Shown one piece after another: positions 9,652 through 19,953 of a stretch of 64,000 nt of DNA. The translations under genes and the position numbers were made by a program. Origin of the DNA: Candidatus Roizmanbacteria bacterium (GTDB taxonomy: Bacteria > Patescibacteriota > Microgenomatia > UBA1406); NCBI GenBank assembly GCA_024654535.1, contig JANLHL010000042.1:13312-77311 (forward strand), in the 5' to 3' direction. A model generated the notes under the pieces. It was not told the origin of the DNA, ran no database searches, and saw only the letters and a program-made list of their open reading frames with translations. The stretch's first letter is position 1, and the number at the start of each line of letters is the position of its first letter.

Positions 9652-12060
9652 ATGAAAGAATACGCTCCAGCTACGATAGAAGAGAAATGGCGTACGCGTT
9701 GGAAAAAAGATCATTTGTATACGGTATCTCATCTAAAAGGCGATAAAAAATATATTTTGGATATGTTTCCTTATCCGTCGGGAGCAGGATTGCACGTAGG
9801 GCACGTAGAAGGCTATACTGGTACAGATGTGCTTTCTCGATTCTATCGTATGCGTGGATTTACAGTGCTCCATCCTATGGGCTGGGATGCCTTTGGATTA
9901 CCAGCAGAAAACTATGCAGTCAAAACAGGCATACATCCGAGTGAGACGACACAAAAGGCAATTGTTACGTTCACAAAACAAATGCAGGCAATGGGTTTTT
10001 CATATGATTGGTCTAAAGAATTAGGGACACATACCCCTGCTTATTACCGTTGGACACAATGGCTCTTTCTGATTTTATATAAGAAAGGGCTGGCATATCG
10101 CGCTAAAGCACAGGTAAATTGGTGTCCGTCATGCAAAACAGTCCTTGCGAATGAACAAGTAGTGAATGGTGAATGTGAACGGTGTCATTCGCTCGTCATT
10201 CAAAAGGATATGGAGCAGTGGTTTTTTCGCATTACAGCGTATGCAGAAAGATTGTTACAGGATCTTGAGAAACTGGATTGGCCAAATAGCACGAAGTTGG
10301 GTCAGATACACTGGATAGGCAAATCAGAGGGAATTACTATTACCTATACGATAGACGGGAGTGACCAGACAATAGAATGTTTTACCACATGGCCGACCAA
10401 CTGGGGGGCTAGTTTTCTTGTCCTTGCTCCAGAACATCATTTGGTGCAGAAAATTACCACTCAGTCTGAAAAAAAAGCAGTCGATGCATATTTAAGCGAA
10501 GTCCAAATGCGTTCAGAATCACAGAGAATAAAATCAAGAGAGAAAACGGGGGTGTTTACCGGTTCATATGCACTGAATCAAGTTACCGGTAAAAAAATTC
10601 CAATTTGGGTAAGCGATTTTGTCATAGCACATGTTGGTACGGGTGCAATTCAGGGGTGTCCGGGTCATGATATGCGCGACTTTGAGTTTGCGAAAAAATT
10701 TAATCTTCCAATACCCCGTGTCGTCGTCGGAGAAGATGGAGATACTTCAGAGATAGAGAGCCCAGAGCAAGTACTTGAAAAAGGACAAACGGGAAAAATG
10801 ATGAATTCAGACTTTTTGGACGGTATGGAATATAGCGCAGGTATTCAAAAAACGAAAGAATATTTTGTAGAAAAGGGTTGGGGAAAGCTCGTTGTGAACT
10901 ACAAACTGCGCGATTGGCTTGTTTCCCGCCAACGGTATTGGGGAGCCCCCATTCCGATGCTCTTTTGTGACAAGTGTGGCTGGCAGTCGGTTGCGGACTC
11001 TGATTTGCCAGTGAAGTTGCCCAATGACGTTGATTTTAAGCCAACTGGCGAATCACCTTTAGTGCATTCTCAAGAATTTAACAAAGGCATTATATGTCCA
11101 CAGTGTGGTGGAAAAGCGCGACGTGAAGCAGATACTATGGACACGTTTGTCGATTCATCGTGGTACTATATGCGTTTTGCTGATCCAAACAATGCAGAAC
11201 ATTTCGCAGACAAAGAAAAATTACGTCAGTGGCTACCGGTTGATATGTATGTTGGCGGCGCTGAGCATACGGTACTTCATTTATTGTATTCACGTTTTAT
11301 AACAAAGGTCTTATATGACGAAGGGTATGTGACATTTGATGAACCTTTTGTATCTTTGCGTCATCCTGGTACCATCCTTGGTCCAGATGGAGTTCGTATG
11401 AGTAAAAGCAGAGGGAATGTCATTAATCCTGACGATGAAGTAAGTAAATTTGGCGCTGATACTGTTCGTATGTACGAGTTGTTTATGGGACCATTCAAAG
11501 ATATGAAGCCGTGGAGTACTTCGGGGGGGCAAGGGTTATATAGATTTTTAAAGAAAGTATGGAATATCTATAGTAATCAAGCATTTGTTAAAAAAAGCCC
11601 CGAGCGTATAGAGAAGCTTTTACATAAGCTTATACAAAAAATGACAAAAGATATTGCTGCATTAAAATTTAACACCGCACTCGCTGCTCTTATGGAATTT
11701 GTCAATAACTCAGCGAATCAATTGGATAAATCAAGCGCACAAATATTTCTCTTGCTTTTAGCACCGTTTGCTCCTTATATTACAGAAGAACTCTGGGAGA
11801 CTATTGGGGGGCCTTATTCTATACACAGTCAAAGTTGGCCACCGTTTGATGAAGAAAAAACAAAAAATAGTACGTCGGTTCTTGCAATACAAATAAATGG
11901 CAAGTTGAGAGCAACGATGCAAGTGGAGAGTACTGTTACAGAAGAAGAAGCTTGTCATAAAGCTCTTTCTATTGAAAAAATACAGAAGTTGGTACAGAAC
12001 ATAAAGACAAGGCTGATATATGTACCTGGTAAAGTAATTAATATTGTTACTGTGGAGTAG
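9652..12060 (+). CDS. leuS: Leucine--tRNA ligase (bacterial type)
   Basis: MFPYPSGAGLHVGH, GWDAFGLPAEN, RDWLVSRQRYWG, RMSKSRGN, YVPGKVINIV. Confidence 0.97.
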   Translation: MKEYAPATIEEKWRTRWKKDHLYTVSHLKGDKKYILDMFPYPSGAGLHVGHVEGYTGTDVLSRFYRMRGFTVLHPMGWDAFGLPAENYAVKTGIHPSETTQKAIVTFTKQMQAMGFSYDWSKELGTHTPAYYRWTQWLFLILYKKGLAYRAKAQVNWCPSCKTVLANEQVVNGECERCHSLVIQKDMEQWFFRITAYAERLLQDLEKLDWPNSTKLGQIHWIGKSEGITITYTIDGSDQTIECFTTWPTNWGASFLVLAPEHHLVQKITTQSEKKAVDAYLSEVQMRSESQRIKSREKTGVFTGSYALNQVTGKKIPIWVSDFVIAHVGTGAIQGCPGHDMRDFEFAKKFNLPIPRVVVGEDGDTSEIESPEQVLEKGQTGKMMNSDFLDGMEYSAGIQKTKEYFVEKGWGKLVVNYKLRDWLVSRQRYWGAPIPMLFCDKCGWQSVADSDLPVKLPNDVDFKPTGESPLVHSQEFNKGIICPQCGGKARREADTMDTFVDSSWYYMRFADPNNAEHFADKEKLRQWLPVDMYVGGAEHTVLHLLYSRFITKVLYDEGYVTFDEPFVSLRHPGTILGPDGVRMSKSRGNVINPDDEVSKFGADTVRMYELFMGPFKDMKPWSTSGGQGLYRFLKKVWNIYSNQAFVKKSPERIEKLLHKLIQKMTKDIAALKFNTALAALMEFVNNSANQLDKSSAQIFLLLLAPFAPYITEELWETIGGPYSIHSQSWPPFDEEKTKNSTSVLAIQINGKLRATMQVESTVTEEEACHKALSIEKIQKLVQNIKTRLIYVPGKVINIVTVE

Positions 12061-12269
12061 TGTTAGCACTATTTGATTCTGTCTGCTAGGCTAGCTAAAC
12101 ACATTTTTTGATACATACCTTTCATTGTTTCAAAGCCCTAGAAACGATTTAAGTTTTTTGTTGGCATAGTACGACCGTTGAAAAAGATGTATCAAATACC
12201 CAACATTGAGTATGTCTTTTTTCAATGTACTATTCTAACTTTTTTGTCTGTGCGTGGTATACTCATTGT

Positions 12270-13529
12270 ATGAAACACGCTATAAATACACTTGCAAATG
12301 GCCTGCGTACAATTACAGTTGATACTGGAGCTTTTCCATCATGCACAGCCTTGCTATTAGTCGGTACTGGTTCCCGCTATGAAAATGAAAAAAATAATGG
12401 TATCGCTCATTTTTTTGAGCATATGGCTTTTAAGGGTAGTAAAAAATATCCTACTTCGATGGATCTTGCTCAGACTGTTGAAGGTTTCGGGGGAGTGTTT
12501 AATGCATTTACAAGCAAGGAGTATACGGGATACTGGATAAAAGGTCCTGTTGGACATGTTAATACAATGCTAGATGTGTTGAGCGACATGATTCAGTCCC
12601 CGACATTGGCATCTGAAGAGATTGAGCGGGAAAAAGGGGTCATTGTAGAAGAGATAAATATGTATGAAGACCAGCCACAGCGTCGAATAGCAGAATTATA
12701 CGAGCAAATGCTTTTTCCAAACAGTTCATTAGGGTACGATATTACCGGTACAAAAGAAACGGTACGTTCGTTTACTCGTAAGACATTTCAAGATTTTCTG
12801 CACGATTACTATGCGGCAAATAATGCAGTGCTCATAGTAGCCGGTGGTATTGGTAAAAATGGATATGAACAAGAGATCAATAACAAATTTGGCAGTTGGA
12901 GGAAAGCGGCTGTATCTACATATCCTTCCTTCAAGACGAAGCAAGAAAAGAATGTGAAAGTATTTTACAAGAAAACCGAACAAGCGCATTGGATATTAGG
13001 TTACCCATCATTTTCAATATTTGATGACAGACGGTACGCACTGAATGTTTTAGCAACGATATTGGGTGGAGGTATGTCTTCACGATTATTTAGTGAACTC
13101 CGAGAGAAAAGGGGACTTTGTTATTACATCTCTTCTGGTACCGATCTATATTTAGATACGGGTACATACTATACGCGAGCAGGTGTGCCAACCGACCCAA
13201 CAAAAGTTATTGATGCGCTAACGATAACCATTGAAGAACAGAAAAAAGTAGCTCTAAATATATCAGAAGATGAACTAAAGAGAGCAAAAGAGTTAATGAA
13301 AGGACATTTTTTACTGTCACTTGAAGACTCATTTGACATGGCATATTTTATGGGCAAGCGTCAACTGTTTGAAAAAGAGATACGCACCCCAGAGGAAATA
13401 CTACAAAAAATAGACGCAGTCACAAAGGTAGGGGTGAGAGAAATGGCAAAGGAAATTTTACGAGAAGAGAAAATGCACATAGCGCTCATAGGGCCGTTTA
13501 AAGATGATGTGCTAAAATCGTTCAGCTAG
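12270..13529 (+). CDS. M16 (pitrilysin-family) zinc peptidase
   Basis: GIAHFFEHMAFKG (HXXEH), NAFTS, EREKGVIVEE, SSRLF.ELREKRGL.Y. Confidence 0.92.
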   Translation: MKHAINTLANGLRTITVDTGAFPSCTALLLVGTGSRYENEKNNGIAHFFEHMAFKGSKKYPTSMDLAQTVEGFGGVFNAFTSKEYTGYWIKGPVGHVNTMLDVLSDMIQSPTLASEEIEREKGVIVEEINMYEDQPQRRIAELYEQMLFPNSSLGYDITGTKETVRSFTRKTFQDFLHDYYAANNAVLIVAGGIGKNGYEQEINNKFGSWRKAAVSTYPSFKTKQEKNVKVFYKKTEQAHWILGYPSFSIFDDRRYALNVLATILGGGMSSRLFSELREKRGLCYYISSGTDLYLDTGTYYTRAGVPTDPTKVIDALTITIEEQKKVALNISEDELKRAKELMKGHFLLSLEDSFDMAYFMGKRQLFEKEIRTPEEILQKIDAVTKVGVREMAKEILREEKMHIALIGPFKDDVLKSFS

Positions 13530-13543
13530 TCTTTTTGTATTGG

Positions 13544-14212
13544 TTATGAATTTATCCACCTATCATCTACCATCGTTTCGAAACTCTTTTCAATGGGTAT
13601 TCCATTTGCATCAATTAATTTATGAATAAATGAAAGCAGACGTGCTTCATCAATTCCGTACACCAAACCATGTTGCATAAGTGATTTGATTGCTCCTGCA
13701 CACGCTTCTTGAGGATTAAGTACATAGCATCGCGGATCATGATTTGTTAAACCAAATTCAGGACTTTTTCTTGCTACCATTAGTGCAAAATGAGTAGCAA
13801 AGAATTGCTCTGGAGTGTGGGGAACAACTTCGAACATTGGAGCACAAGAAGATAGTGTTACACGCCTATTCTTAGTTTCATTCTCATCTGCTAAATCTAT
13901 TTTTTCTAACGCAATAGCTGTGCCAAAAGTGAAAATATCAACATTTTTACCAATAGCATCAGTTAATCTTACTATGCCGGGCAGTGCACTTTTTGGGCTT
14001 ACTCTATCTGTTGCTGGCGTAATTTTTAATTGTCCTGATTTATATCCATCTGCAGTAACAGGTAAAGTCATTAAATTTGGATCAAAATGATCCCCAGTCG
14101 CTTTATTACTTAAACGTACTTCAAGGCGATGGTATAATCCAGGAGGAAGTTTTGACTCATCTTCTTTAAACATCCAACCTAACTCTCGTGTAGATTCATC
14201 ATTTATTTTCAT
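13544..14212 (-). CDS. Hypothetical protein
   Basis: 222-aa ORF filling the gap; no motif recognised. Confidence 0.55.
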   Translation of the reverse strand: MKINDESTRELGWMFKEDESKLPPGLYHRLEVRLSNKATGDHFDPNLMTLPVTADGYKSGQLKITPATDRVSPKSALPGIVRLTDAIGKNVDIFTFGTAIALEKIDLADENETKNRRVTLSSCAPMFEVVPHTPEQFFATHFALMVARKSPEFGLTNHDPRCYVLNPQEACAGAIKSLMQHGLVYGIDEARLLSFIHKLIDANGIPIEKSFETMVDDRWINS

Positions 14213-14294
14213 ATTAAATATAACTCCTTATAACAAATATAGTATTGCAAAAACTGAAGTAACTAGATATGCGTAGCGGATATGTCTTGACAAG

Positions 14295-14849
14295 CTACTT
14301 TTTCATATCTTCTTCTATGAGGTGTCGTAAATACACCGATTTTGGTGTCTTGTTTTTTTTTGCAACCTTGTTTAAGTATAAGCTGATTTCAGGAGTAATA
14401 AAGAACGTAAAGCGACTTTCGGCTTTCGATTTAGCATAGTTAACAAAGTCAGCAATAATTTCAGGTAAAGATTCACGAGTATAGGCCTCGCATATGACTT
14501 CATCTGCTTTGTAGTCTATTAGCAGACTAGGAGCCCCTACGCTAGTATGGTGTAGTAATAATATGGGTTTGTTAAAGTGCAAGGCCATAGATATTTCATA
14601 GCCTACGCTAATACTGGGGAACGACGTATTTGCAACAAATATGTCAGACGTACGAATCCATGCTTCCAATTTCTTATGAAATATTTGGCGTTCTTTACTT
14701 GTTTCAAAACCCATATCCTCGGGTTTAGTTTTAAGAATGTGGTCTGCGGTGACAGTATAGTTGAGTTTTTTTAGTGCTTGTACTATGGCAATATAATCGG
14801 CATAATATAATTTTTTTCCAACAATTGATGCAGTAAAGTAAGCTTTCAT
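14295..14849 (-). CDS. Nucleoside 2-deoxyribosyltransferase-like domain + C-terminal ribbon-helix-helix
   Basis: MKAYFTAS...SDIFVA.TS.PS.SVGYE...A....KP (NDT/RCL-like); RFTFFITPE...KSVYLR.LI (RHH). Paralog of 45924..46493. Confidence 0.65.
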   Translation of the reverse strand: MKAYFTASIVGKKLYYADYIAIVQALKKLNYTVTADHILKTKPEDMGFETSKERQIFHKKLEAWIRTSDIFVANTSFPSISVGYEISMALHFNKPILLLHHTSVGAPSLLIDYKADEVICEAYTRESLPEIIADFVNYAKSKAESRFTFFITPEISLYLNKVAKKNKTPKSVYLRHLIEEDMKK

Positions 14850-14949
14850 GATAGTACTCAGTATACCATGAGTAGAGTTCGCTATTTAGTGGACACAATT
14901 CTCATCTCACCTGTTATACTAAGAATATTATTCAGTTACTATATAAACT

Positions 14950-15528
14950 ATGGAACAAACATTGGTAATACTAAAGCCGGACGCTGTGCAGCGTGGACTC
15001 ATGGGTGAGATCATTAGTCGTTTTGAACGTATCGGATTGAAAATGGTTGCAGCTCGATTTGTTATGGTTACATCTGAGCTAGCAGAGAAGCATTATCCAA
15101 TTGATCGAGAATCTTTTTTGCGTGGAATGGGTGAGAAAACACTCGAAAACTATACAAAAATGGGCGTAGATCCTGTTGATAAGCTTGGAACGGCTGATAC
15201 GCTTGAGATAGGCAAGATGATACGAGAATGGCTTATTCAATATATGCAGGAGAGTCCTGTTTTTGCCTTTGTGCTCGAAGGTCCACACGTAGTGGAATTG
15301 GTAAGAAAAGTGTGTGGTCATACGCTGCCTCTTTTGTCTCCTCCCGGTACTATTCGGGGCGATTTTTGTTTTGATTCTTCATACTTAGCGAATACGGCTA
15401 AGCGTGCCATAAAAAATATGGTACATGCATCTGGATCTGTCGAAGAAGCGCAGTATGAAATTCCGCTGTGGTTTGCAAAAGATCAGATTTTTTCCTACAC
15501 GCGAGTGGAAGAAAAGGTAATGGGATAG
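14950..15528 (+). CDS. ndk: Nucleoside-diphosphate kinase
   Basis: EQTLVILKPDAVQRGL.GEII.RFE, PGTIRGDF, N.VHAS.S. Confidence 0.95.
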   Translation: MEQTLVILKPDAVQRGLMGEIISRFERIGLKMVAARFVMVTSELAEKHYPIDRESFLRGMGEKTLENYTKMGVDPVDKLGTADTLEIGKMIREWLIQYMQESPVFAFVLEGPHVVELVRKVCGHTLPLLSPPGTIRGDFCFDSSYLANTAKRAIKNMVHASGSVEEAQYEIPLWFAKDQIFSYTRVEEKVMG

Positions 15529-15531
15529 AGC

Positions 15532-15700
15532 CATGCACCCTACAGGGTGCATGTAATATCCAATATCCAAGTTCAAATAGCCAAAAAATGTCAAATGACA
15601 AACATCAAATGTTGACTTTTATTTTGAATCTAAATGCCAACATTTTAATGTCTGGCTTTGCTATTGGGAATTGGTCATTTATTTGACATTGGATATTGGT
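15532..15700. repeat. Palindrome catgcaccct-ac-agggtgcatg followed by ~7-nt-periodic inverted-repeat element
   Basis: 10-bp perfect stem at 15532-15553; caatatccaagttcaaata (15561-15579) is identical to 7147-7165; right arm identical to 6387-6412. Confidence 0.75.
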
Positions 15701-15736
15701 TCTTTGATTTCTTCTTGCTGCATATACAGCAAGAAG

Positions 15737-15808
15737 TGTCCTTGCCCAGAATCGAACTGGGATCGGAGGTTTAGGAAACCTCTGTTCTATCCTTTGAACT
15801 ACAAGGAC
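15737..15808 (-). tRNA. tRNA-Arg(CCT)
   Basis: Acceptor GTCCTTG/CAAGGAC; anticodon arm GAGGT-TTCCTAA-ACCTC; T-arm CCCAG-TTCGATT-CTGGG; CCA not encoded. Confidence 0.93.
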
Positions 15809-15820
15809 ATATTCTCTCGT

Positions 15821-16543
15821 TTATTGTACCACGGGGGTTGCGAAAACAAGCAATCGCTTCAGTGTCGTTCCCGGTGGCCAACATGTTTGTAGCGTTAAAA
15901 AAGGTTTACTCGATTGTTTCGTTATATATTCCACCTGTGTTGGGTCAACGATTGATTTATCTATGACTTTATATGCGTATTTTTTATTTTTGTAGAAAAT
16001 ATATATACGATCATTTGGTTCAAGTTTGTAAAGTAAGTAGAATACAGCGTTATAGCTACTGACGTTTAGCATGTTGTCTGTGGAGTGGGCAAATAGGTAC
16101 ATATGTCCAGAATCTCCTGGTAGTGCCGTTCCTCGTGCGTGTGCAACGCCTTTTTTGAGTGCTCCTATATATTCATCGTAGTTACTTGGATCAACATTCG
16201 CCTCCACTAAGCTATTTGCAGATATCTTTGGGATAACTATTGAAAATTCTGTATCAGCCGGTACTATTACTTCTTCTTTTGTTTGTAGTTTCTGTATTAC
16301 AGAGGCGAATGCGTTGGGCTTTGGTGTCGGGGTTACAATATGAGAGTTTTTTTTGACTTCGACAGTTGGTTGTTTAAATACTACAACGGTAGAAACGCCT
16401 CGATACTGCTTATACGCATAAACTATTTCTTGTCCTGCTATTGGACCAAAAATTTTTGCTACCATAAGGAGACTCAATAATACTAAAAAGTTGCCAACAG
16501 TACGAAATAGTAAAAGTCGTGCGTATTCCTTTTTGTATGACAT
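15821..16543 (-). CDS. Sortase (class D/E-like)
   Basis: N-terminal TM; IPKI, G.AH..G..LPG..G, AHS, LTLQTCWPPG...R (His/Cys/Arg triad). Confidence 0.9.
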   Translation of the reverse strand: MSYKKEYARLLLFRTVGNFLVLLSLLMVAKIFGPIAGQEIVYAYKQYRGVSTVVVFKQPTVEVKKNSHIVTPTPKPNAFASVIQKLQTKEEVIVPADTEFSIVIPKISANSLVEANVDPSNYDEYIGALKKGVAHARGTALPGDSGHMYLFAHSTDNMLNVSSYNAVFYLLYKLEPNDRIYIFYKNKKYAYKVIDKSIVDPTQVEYITKQSSKPFLTLQTCWPPGTTLKRLLVFATPVVQ

Positions 16544-16552
16544 GTCTATTTT

Positions 16553-17869
16553 TTACTTAATACTCACTGCGTAGGCGTCGGGAAGTTCGTTTCGTTTCGG
16601 ATTAAAGTTGGTGAGTATTACTATTTTCCCATCTGATGTGGTTGTATAAAGCTCTTTTTCGAATGGTCCAGAATAAATAATAATCTTATTGGTTCCATCG
16701 TATTCTAATGCTTCTATTGTATCATTATGTACTATAATGACATGTTCTGAATCACTATACCAAAAAATTTGATCGAATAATTTACTTGACATAATGAGTA
16801 TCTCTGGCGTAATTTGTCCAGGATTTTCTACTTGCTGTAAATTGTTTAGCATTTTTTTTTGTGTCGTAGAATCCAAAACCGCGAGAAGGTAATTTTTATC
16901 TTCTTTACTATTGTAAACGTAAAGATCTCCTGTTTCTATAGTCCGTTTTTCCGCAATTGGACTTGATCCTTTCAGCGGTGGTTTGATAGTGATTGGTATG
17001 GTATAGGTAGTTTTTGCAATATAAAGAATTTTCTTTTTATCTGGCGAAATATCAATAAGCTTGGCTTTTTCAGAAAGAAGTTGTCGAATCGCTTTTGGTC
17101 GAGAATCTACTAGTTTTAGTTCCAACTCTGTATTTTGTTCATACCAACTTTCTAACAACGTTTGGTATGAATAGGTAACGTCGAGGGACGATCCGGGATC
17201 GGTGAGAGAAAGCATTCGTACAGAGATTATTTCATTATCTGCATTTTTTAGAAATGTGAGAATGTTTTTGCCTGTTGGAGAGTATATGAACATAGTTTTT
17301 GTTATGTCAATATTTGGTGGGAATAATGAGCTTGGTAGTAAAAGCTTTTTATTTTTAAAAATACTGAGTGTTTTTGAGTTAATTGTTGCATAAAAAATAC
17401 CATTCTTTTCTTCATCGTTGGGCAAAATTTGTGTATTGAGTGAGGTGTCATTACTGATATAGACGACTGATGTGTCGTCTGGCGAGAGAGCAGGGCTAAT
17501 AAGTCCTCTATCGGTGAGTGGCGAAAGGGAAGCGTTCTTAAGAAACAGTAGCGCATCGGTACGATAGACACTTTCGCGCTCTACAGTATATGTTTTTTCC
17601 CACGGTGTATAGCCTTCTTTTTCTATTCTGACAGTATATGTACCTGGATTGAGGTAGATAGTATGTGGAGTTAGGTCTGCATATTTTCCATTAATAAATA
17701 ATTGAGAGTTATTCGGGTAAGAATTTGCGACGAGAACGCCTTGAGCATGGACTTCTCGAGTTTGCGTGTTGAATCGGTAACCTTTTGCAAACATAAGTAC
17801 TCCATATGAAATAACTATTACGGAGCCTGCTATAAGTCCGAGATATACAGTTTTTTTCACATTATGCAT
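16553..17869 (-). CDS. PEGA-domain membrane protein with propeller-like repeats
   Basis: TM, AKGYRF, NSYP...ING...TP...L.PG.Y.V.IEKEGY..W (PEGA); SPD repeats. Confidence 0.8.
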   Translation of the reverse strand: MHNVKKTVYLGLIAGSVIVISYGVLMFAKGYRFNTQTREVHAQGVLVANSYPNNSQLFINGKYADLTPHTIYLNPGTYTVRIEKEGYTPWEKTYTVERESVYRTDALLFLKNASLSPLTDRGLISPALSPDDTSVVYISNDTSLNTQILPNDEEKNGIFYATINSKTLSIFKNKKLLLPSSLFPPNIDITKTMFIYSPTGKNILTFLKNADNEIISVRMLSLTDPGSSLDVTYSYQTLLESWYEQNTELELKLVDSRPKAIRQLLSEKAKLIDISPDKKKILYIAKTTYTIPITIKPPLKGSSPIAEKRTIETGDLYVYNSKEDKNYLLAVLDSTTQKKMLNNLQQVENPGQITPEILIMSSKLFDQIFWYSDSEHVIIVHNDTIEALEYDGTNKIIIYSGPFEKELYTTTSDGKIVILTNFNPKRNELPDAYAVSIK

Positions 17870-17920
17870 ATACTCTAAGTATACCACAGAAACTAGATCA
17901 AAATGTATTATAATACCCGT

Positions 17921-18925
17921 ATGTGGAGCAAGCGCATTTGTATAGATCTTGGAACAGCCAACTCTCTTGTGTATGTGGAGAAAAAAGGCATTGTGTTAAC
18001 TGAGCCAACAGTGGTTGCGTACTCGCTTATGGATAAGAAGATAGTCGCGGTTGGTACTGAAGCGCGCGATATGATTGGCAGGACCCCAGGAACTATCGTC
18101 GCGTCGCGACCCATGAAAGATGGTGTAATAGCACAATATACAGTTACGAGAGCGATGATAAAATACTTTCTTACGAAGGCGGTGGGCTTTTCACTCGTAA
18201 AACCTGATGTATTAATTTCAATACCAGGAGGAGCAACACAGGTAGAGAGGCGTGCTGTTTTTAATGCTTGTATGGCTGCAGGTGCCCGTGCAACATACCT
18301 CATCGAAGAGCCGCTAGCAGCTGCTATAGGTGCGCGATTGTCCATAGCAGCCCCATCAGGTAGTATGATAATAAATATTGGAGGTGGGACGACTGAGGCG
18401 GCCGTTATATCACTTGGAGAGTTGGTATCCTACAAAAGTGAGCGTATTGGAGGTAATAAAATCGACGAGGCCATAAATATATATTTACGTAAAAAACACT
18501 CTCTTATTGTTGGAGAGCGGACAGCTGAGGATTTGAAGATCAATCATGCACATGCGTTTCTCAAAGAATCACCTGAGGATGCTACTGTTGAGGTCAAGGG
18601 AAGAGATATGCGAACGGGATTACCGAGAAGCATTGAACTGAACGAACGCGAACTATCACAAAGTATTCAACGCCCTCTTCGAGGAATACTATATACAGCT
18701 AAAAAAGTACTCGAAGATATTCCGCCAGAATTATCGGCAGACATAGTTGAGAAAGGCGCAATCCTTTCTGGAGGTACAGCACTCTTGAAAGGGATTGATA
18801 TGTTTTTGTCAGACGAGTTAAATATTCCATGTTTCCTTGCAGAAGATCCACTCTCTTGTGTAATCCGAGGGCTTGGGATGATCGCAGAAAATTTTTCCTT
18901 ATATAAGGCAGCATCTGGGAATTAA
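17921..18925 (+). CDS. mreB: Rod-shape-determining actin homolog MreB/Mbl
   Basis: IDLGTANS, EPTVVA, RPMKDGVIA, EEPLAAAIGA, IGGGTTE, GRD..TGLP, PPELSADI. Confidence 0.93.
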   Translation: MWSKRICIDLGTANSLVYVEKKGIVLTEPTVVAYSLMDKKIVAVGTEARDMIGRTPGTIVASRPMKDGVIAQYTVTRAMIKYFLTKAVGFSLVKPDVLISIPGGATQVERRAVFNACMAAGARATYLIEEPLAAAIGARLSIAAPSGSMIINIGGGTTEAAVISLGELVSYKSERIGGNKIDEAINIYLRKKHSLIVGERTAEDLKINHAHAFLKESPEDATVEVKGRDMRTGLPRSIELNERELSQSIQRPLRGILYTAKKVLEDIPPELSADIVEKGAILSGGTALLKGIDMFLSDELNIPCFLAEDPLSCVIRGLGMIAENFSLYKAASGN

Positions 18926-19170
18926 TCAAATATATGAAAGCTCATAGTATTCTAGATAGAAATGAATGAATAGATATGCGTAAAAGAGCATTTATTATTG
19001 CAGATAAAATAGGCATCTTATAGTTAATTTTAAATATAAATAGCTAATAATGTATGAAAATATGCTTGTGTGAACAAATGGTTTATATAAAAGGTTTTTC
19101 TATAGTTAATTATTGTACAATATAATTGATCGTTTGTATAAAATATCAAAAAAAATATAAAAAAAATACT

Positions 19171-19953
19171 ATGTATAGTAATAAAGACCATAGGAAGGCA
19201 TTAAATTTTTTAGGAAGCAACTTAATTTTCCTTGATAAGAAGGATATCCTAGAGTTATTTTTGAAAAACAAGCAACAGGTTCAAGAAATGGTGCACATTG
19301 TTTCTATAAATCCTGAGAATGTTGTGTGCATGAAGCAAGACAAGGTATTTGAAAGGGTTGTCACAAAGGCCCAAGGTCATATTCCAGATGGTATAGGGAT
19401 TGTCATAGCAGCCCAGATACTCTATGGACGGAATGTATCAAGGTTAACTGGTGTAGACACTATGGAGTACCTCCTTACCGTAGCCGGAAATCAACGCATG
19501 AGAGCAGTGTTGATAGGTGGGAGAAGTAAATTAGCAGAAAGCATAGCTAATTGCTATAAAAAGAGGTATCCCGGCTTCGAAATTACTGGAATAGAAGGCT
19601 ATAAGGATATTCGAAAGTGCAAGAATGCAGAAACAGAGGGCATCTTTCATATAGTGAGCACTGCGAAGCCCCACTTGGTGTTCGTTGCTTTTGGATCACC
19701 GTGGCAAGAAAAGTGGATTGATGATCATAGAACCCAATTTACCGGTAGTGTTGTCATGGGAGTAGGTGGTAGTTTTGATCTACTGAGCAAGTCTCTCGTT
19801 CGTGCACCTATCTTACTACAGAAGTTTGGACTTGAGTGGCTATTTCGACTTATTCAAGAACCACATCGTTTTAGAAGACAGCTTCAATTGGTAGTATACA
19901 TTAAATATGTAATTCAAGAGTGTATTACGAGAATGAGGCTCTGGGACAATTAA
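19171..19953 (+). CDS. WecB/TagA/CpsF family glycosyltransferase (GT26)
   Basis: NPE, PDGIG, R.TG.D, VAFGSP.QE.W, GVGGSFD, RAP...GLEWLFRL.QEP.R. Confidence 0.92.
   Translation: MYSNKDHRKALNFLGSNLIFLDKKDILELFLKNKQQVQEMVHIVSINPENVVCMKQDKVFERVVTKAQGHIPDGIGIVIAAQILYGRNVSRLTGVDTMEYLLTVAGNQRMRAVLIGGRSKLAESIANCYKKRYPGFEITGIEGYKDIRKCKNAETEGIFHIVSTAKPHLVFVAFGSPWQEKWIDDHRTQFTGSVVMGVGGSFDLLSKSLVRAPILLQKFGLEWLFRLIQEPHRFRRQLQLVVYIKYVIQECITRMRLWDN

Noticed and set aside
18926..19170. AT-rich gap as replication origin (also 41212-41435)
   Set aside because: I found no clustered TTATCCACA DnaA boxes and no dnaA/dnaN context; more likely promoter regions.
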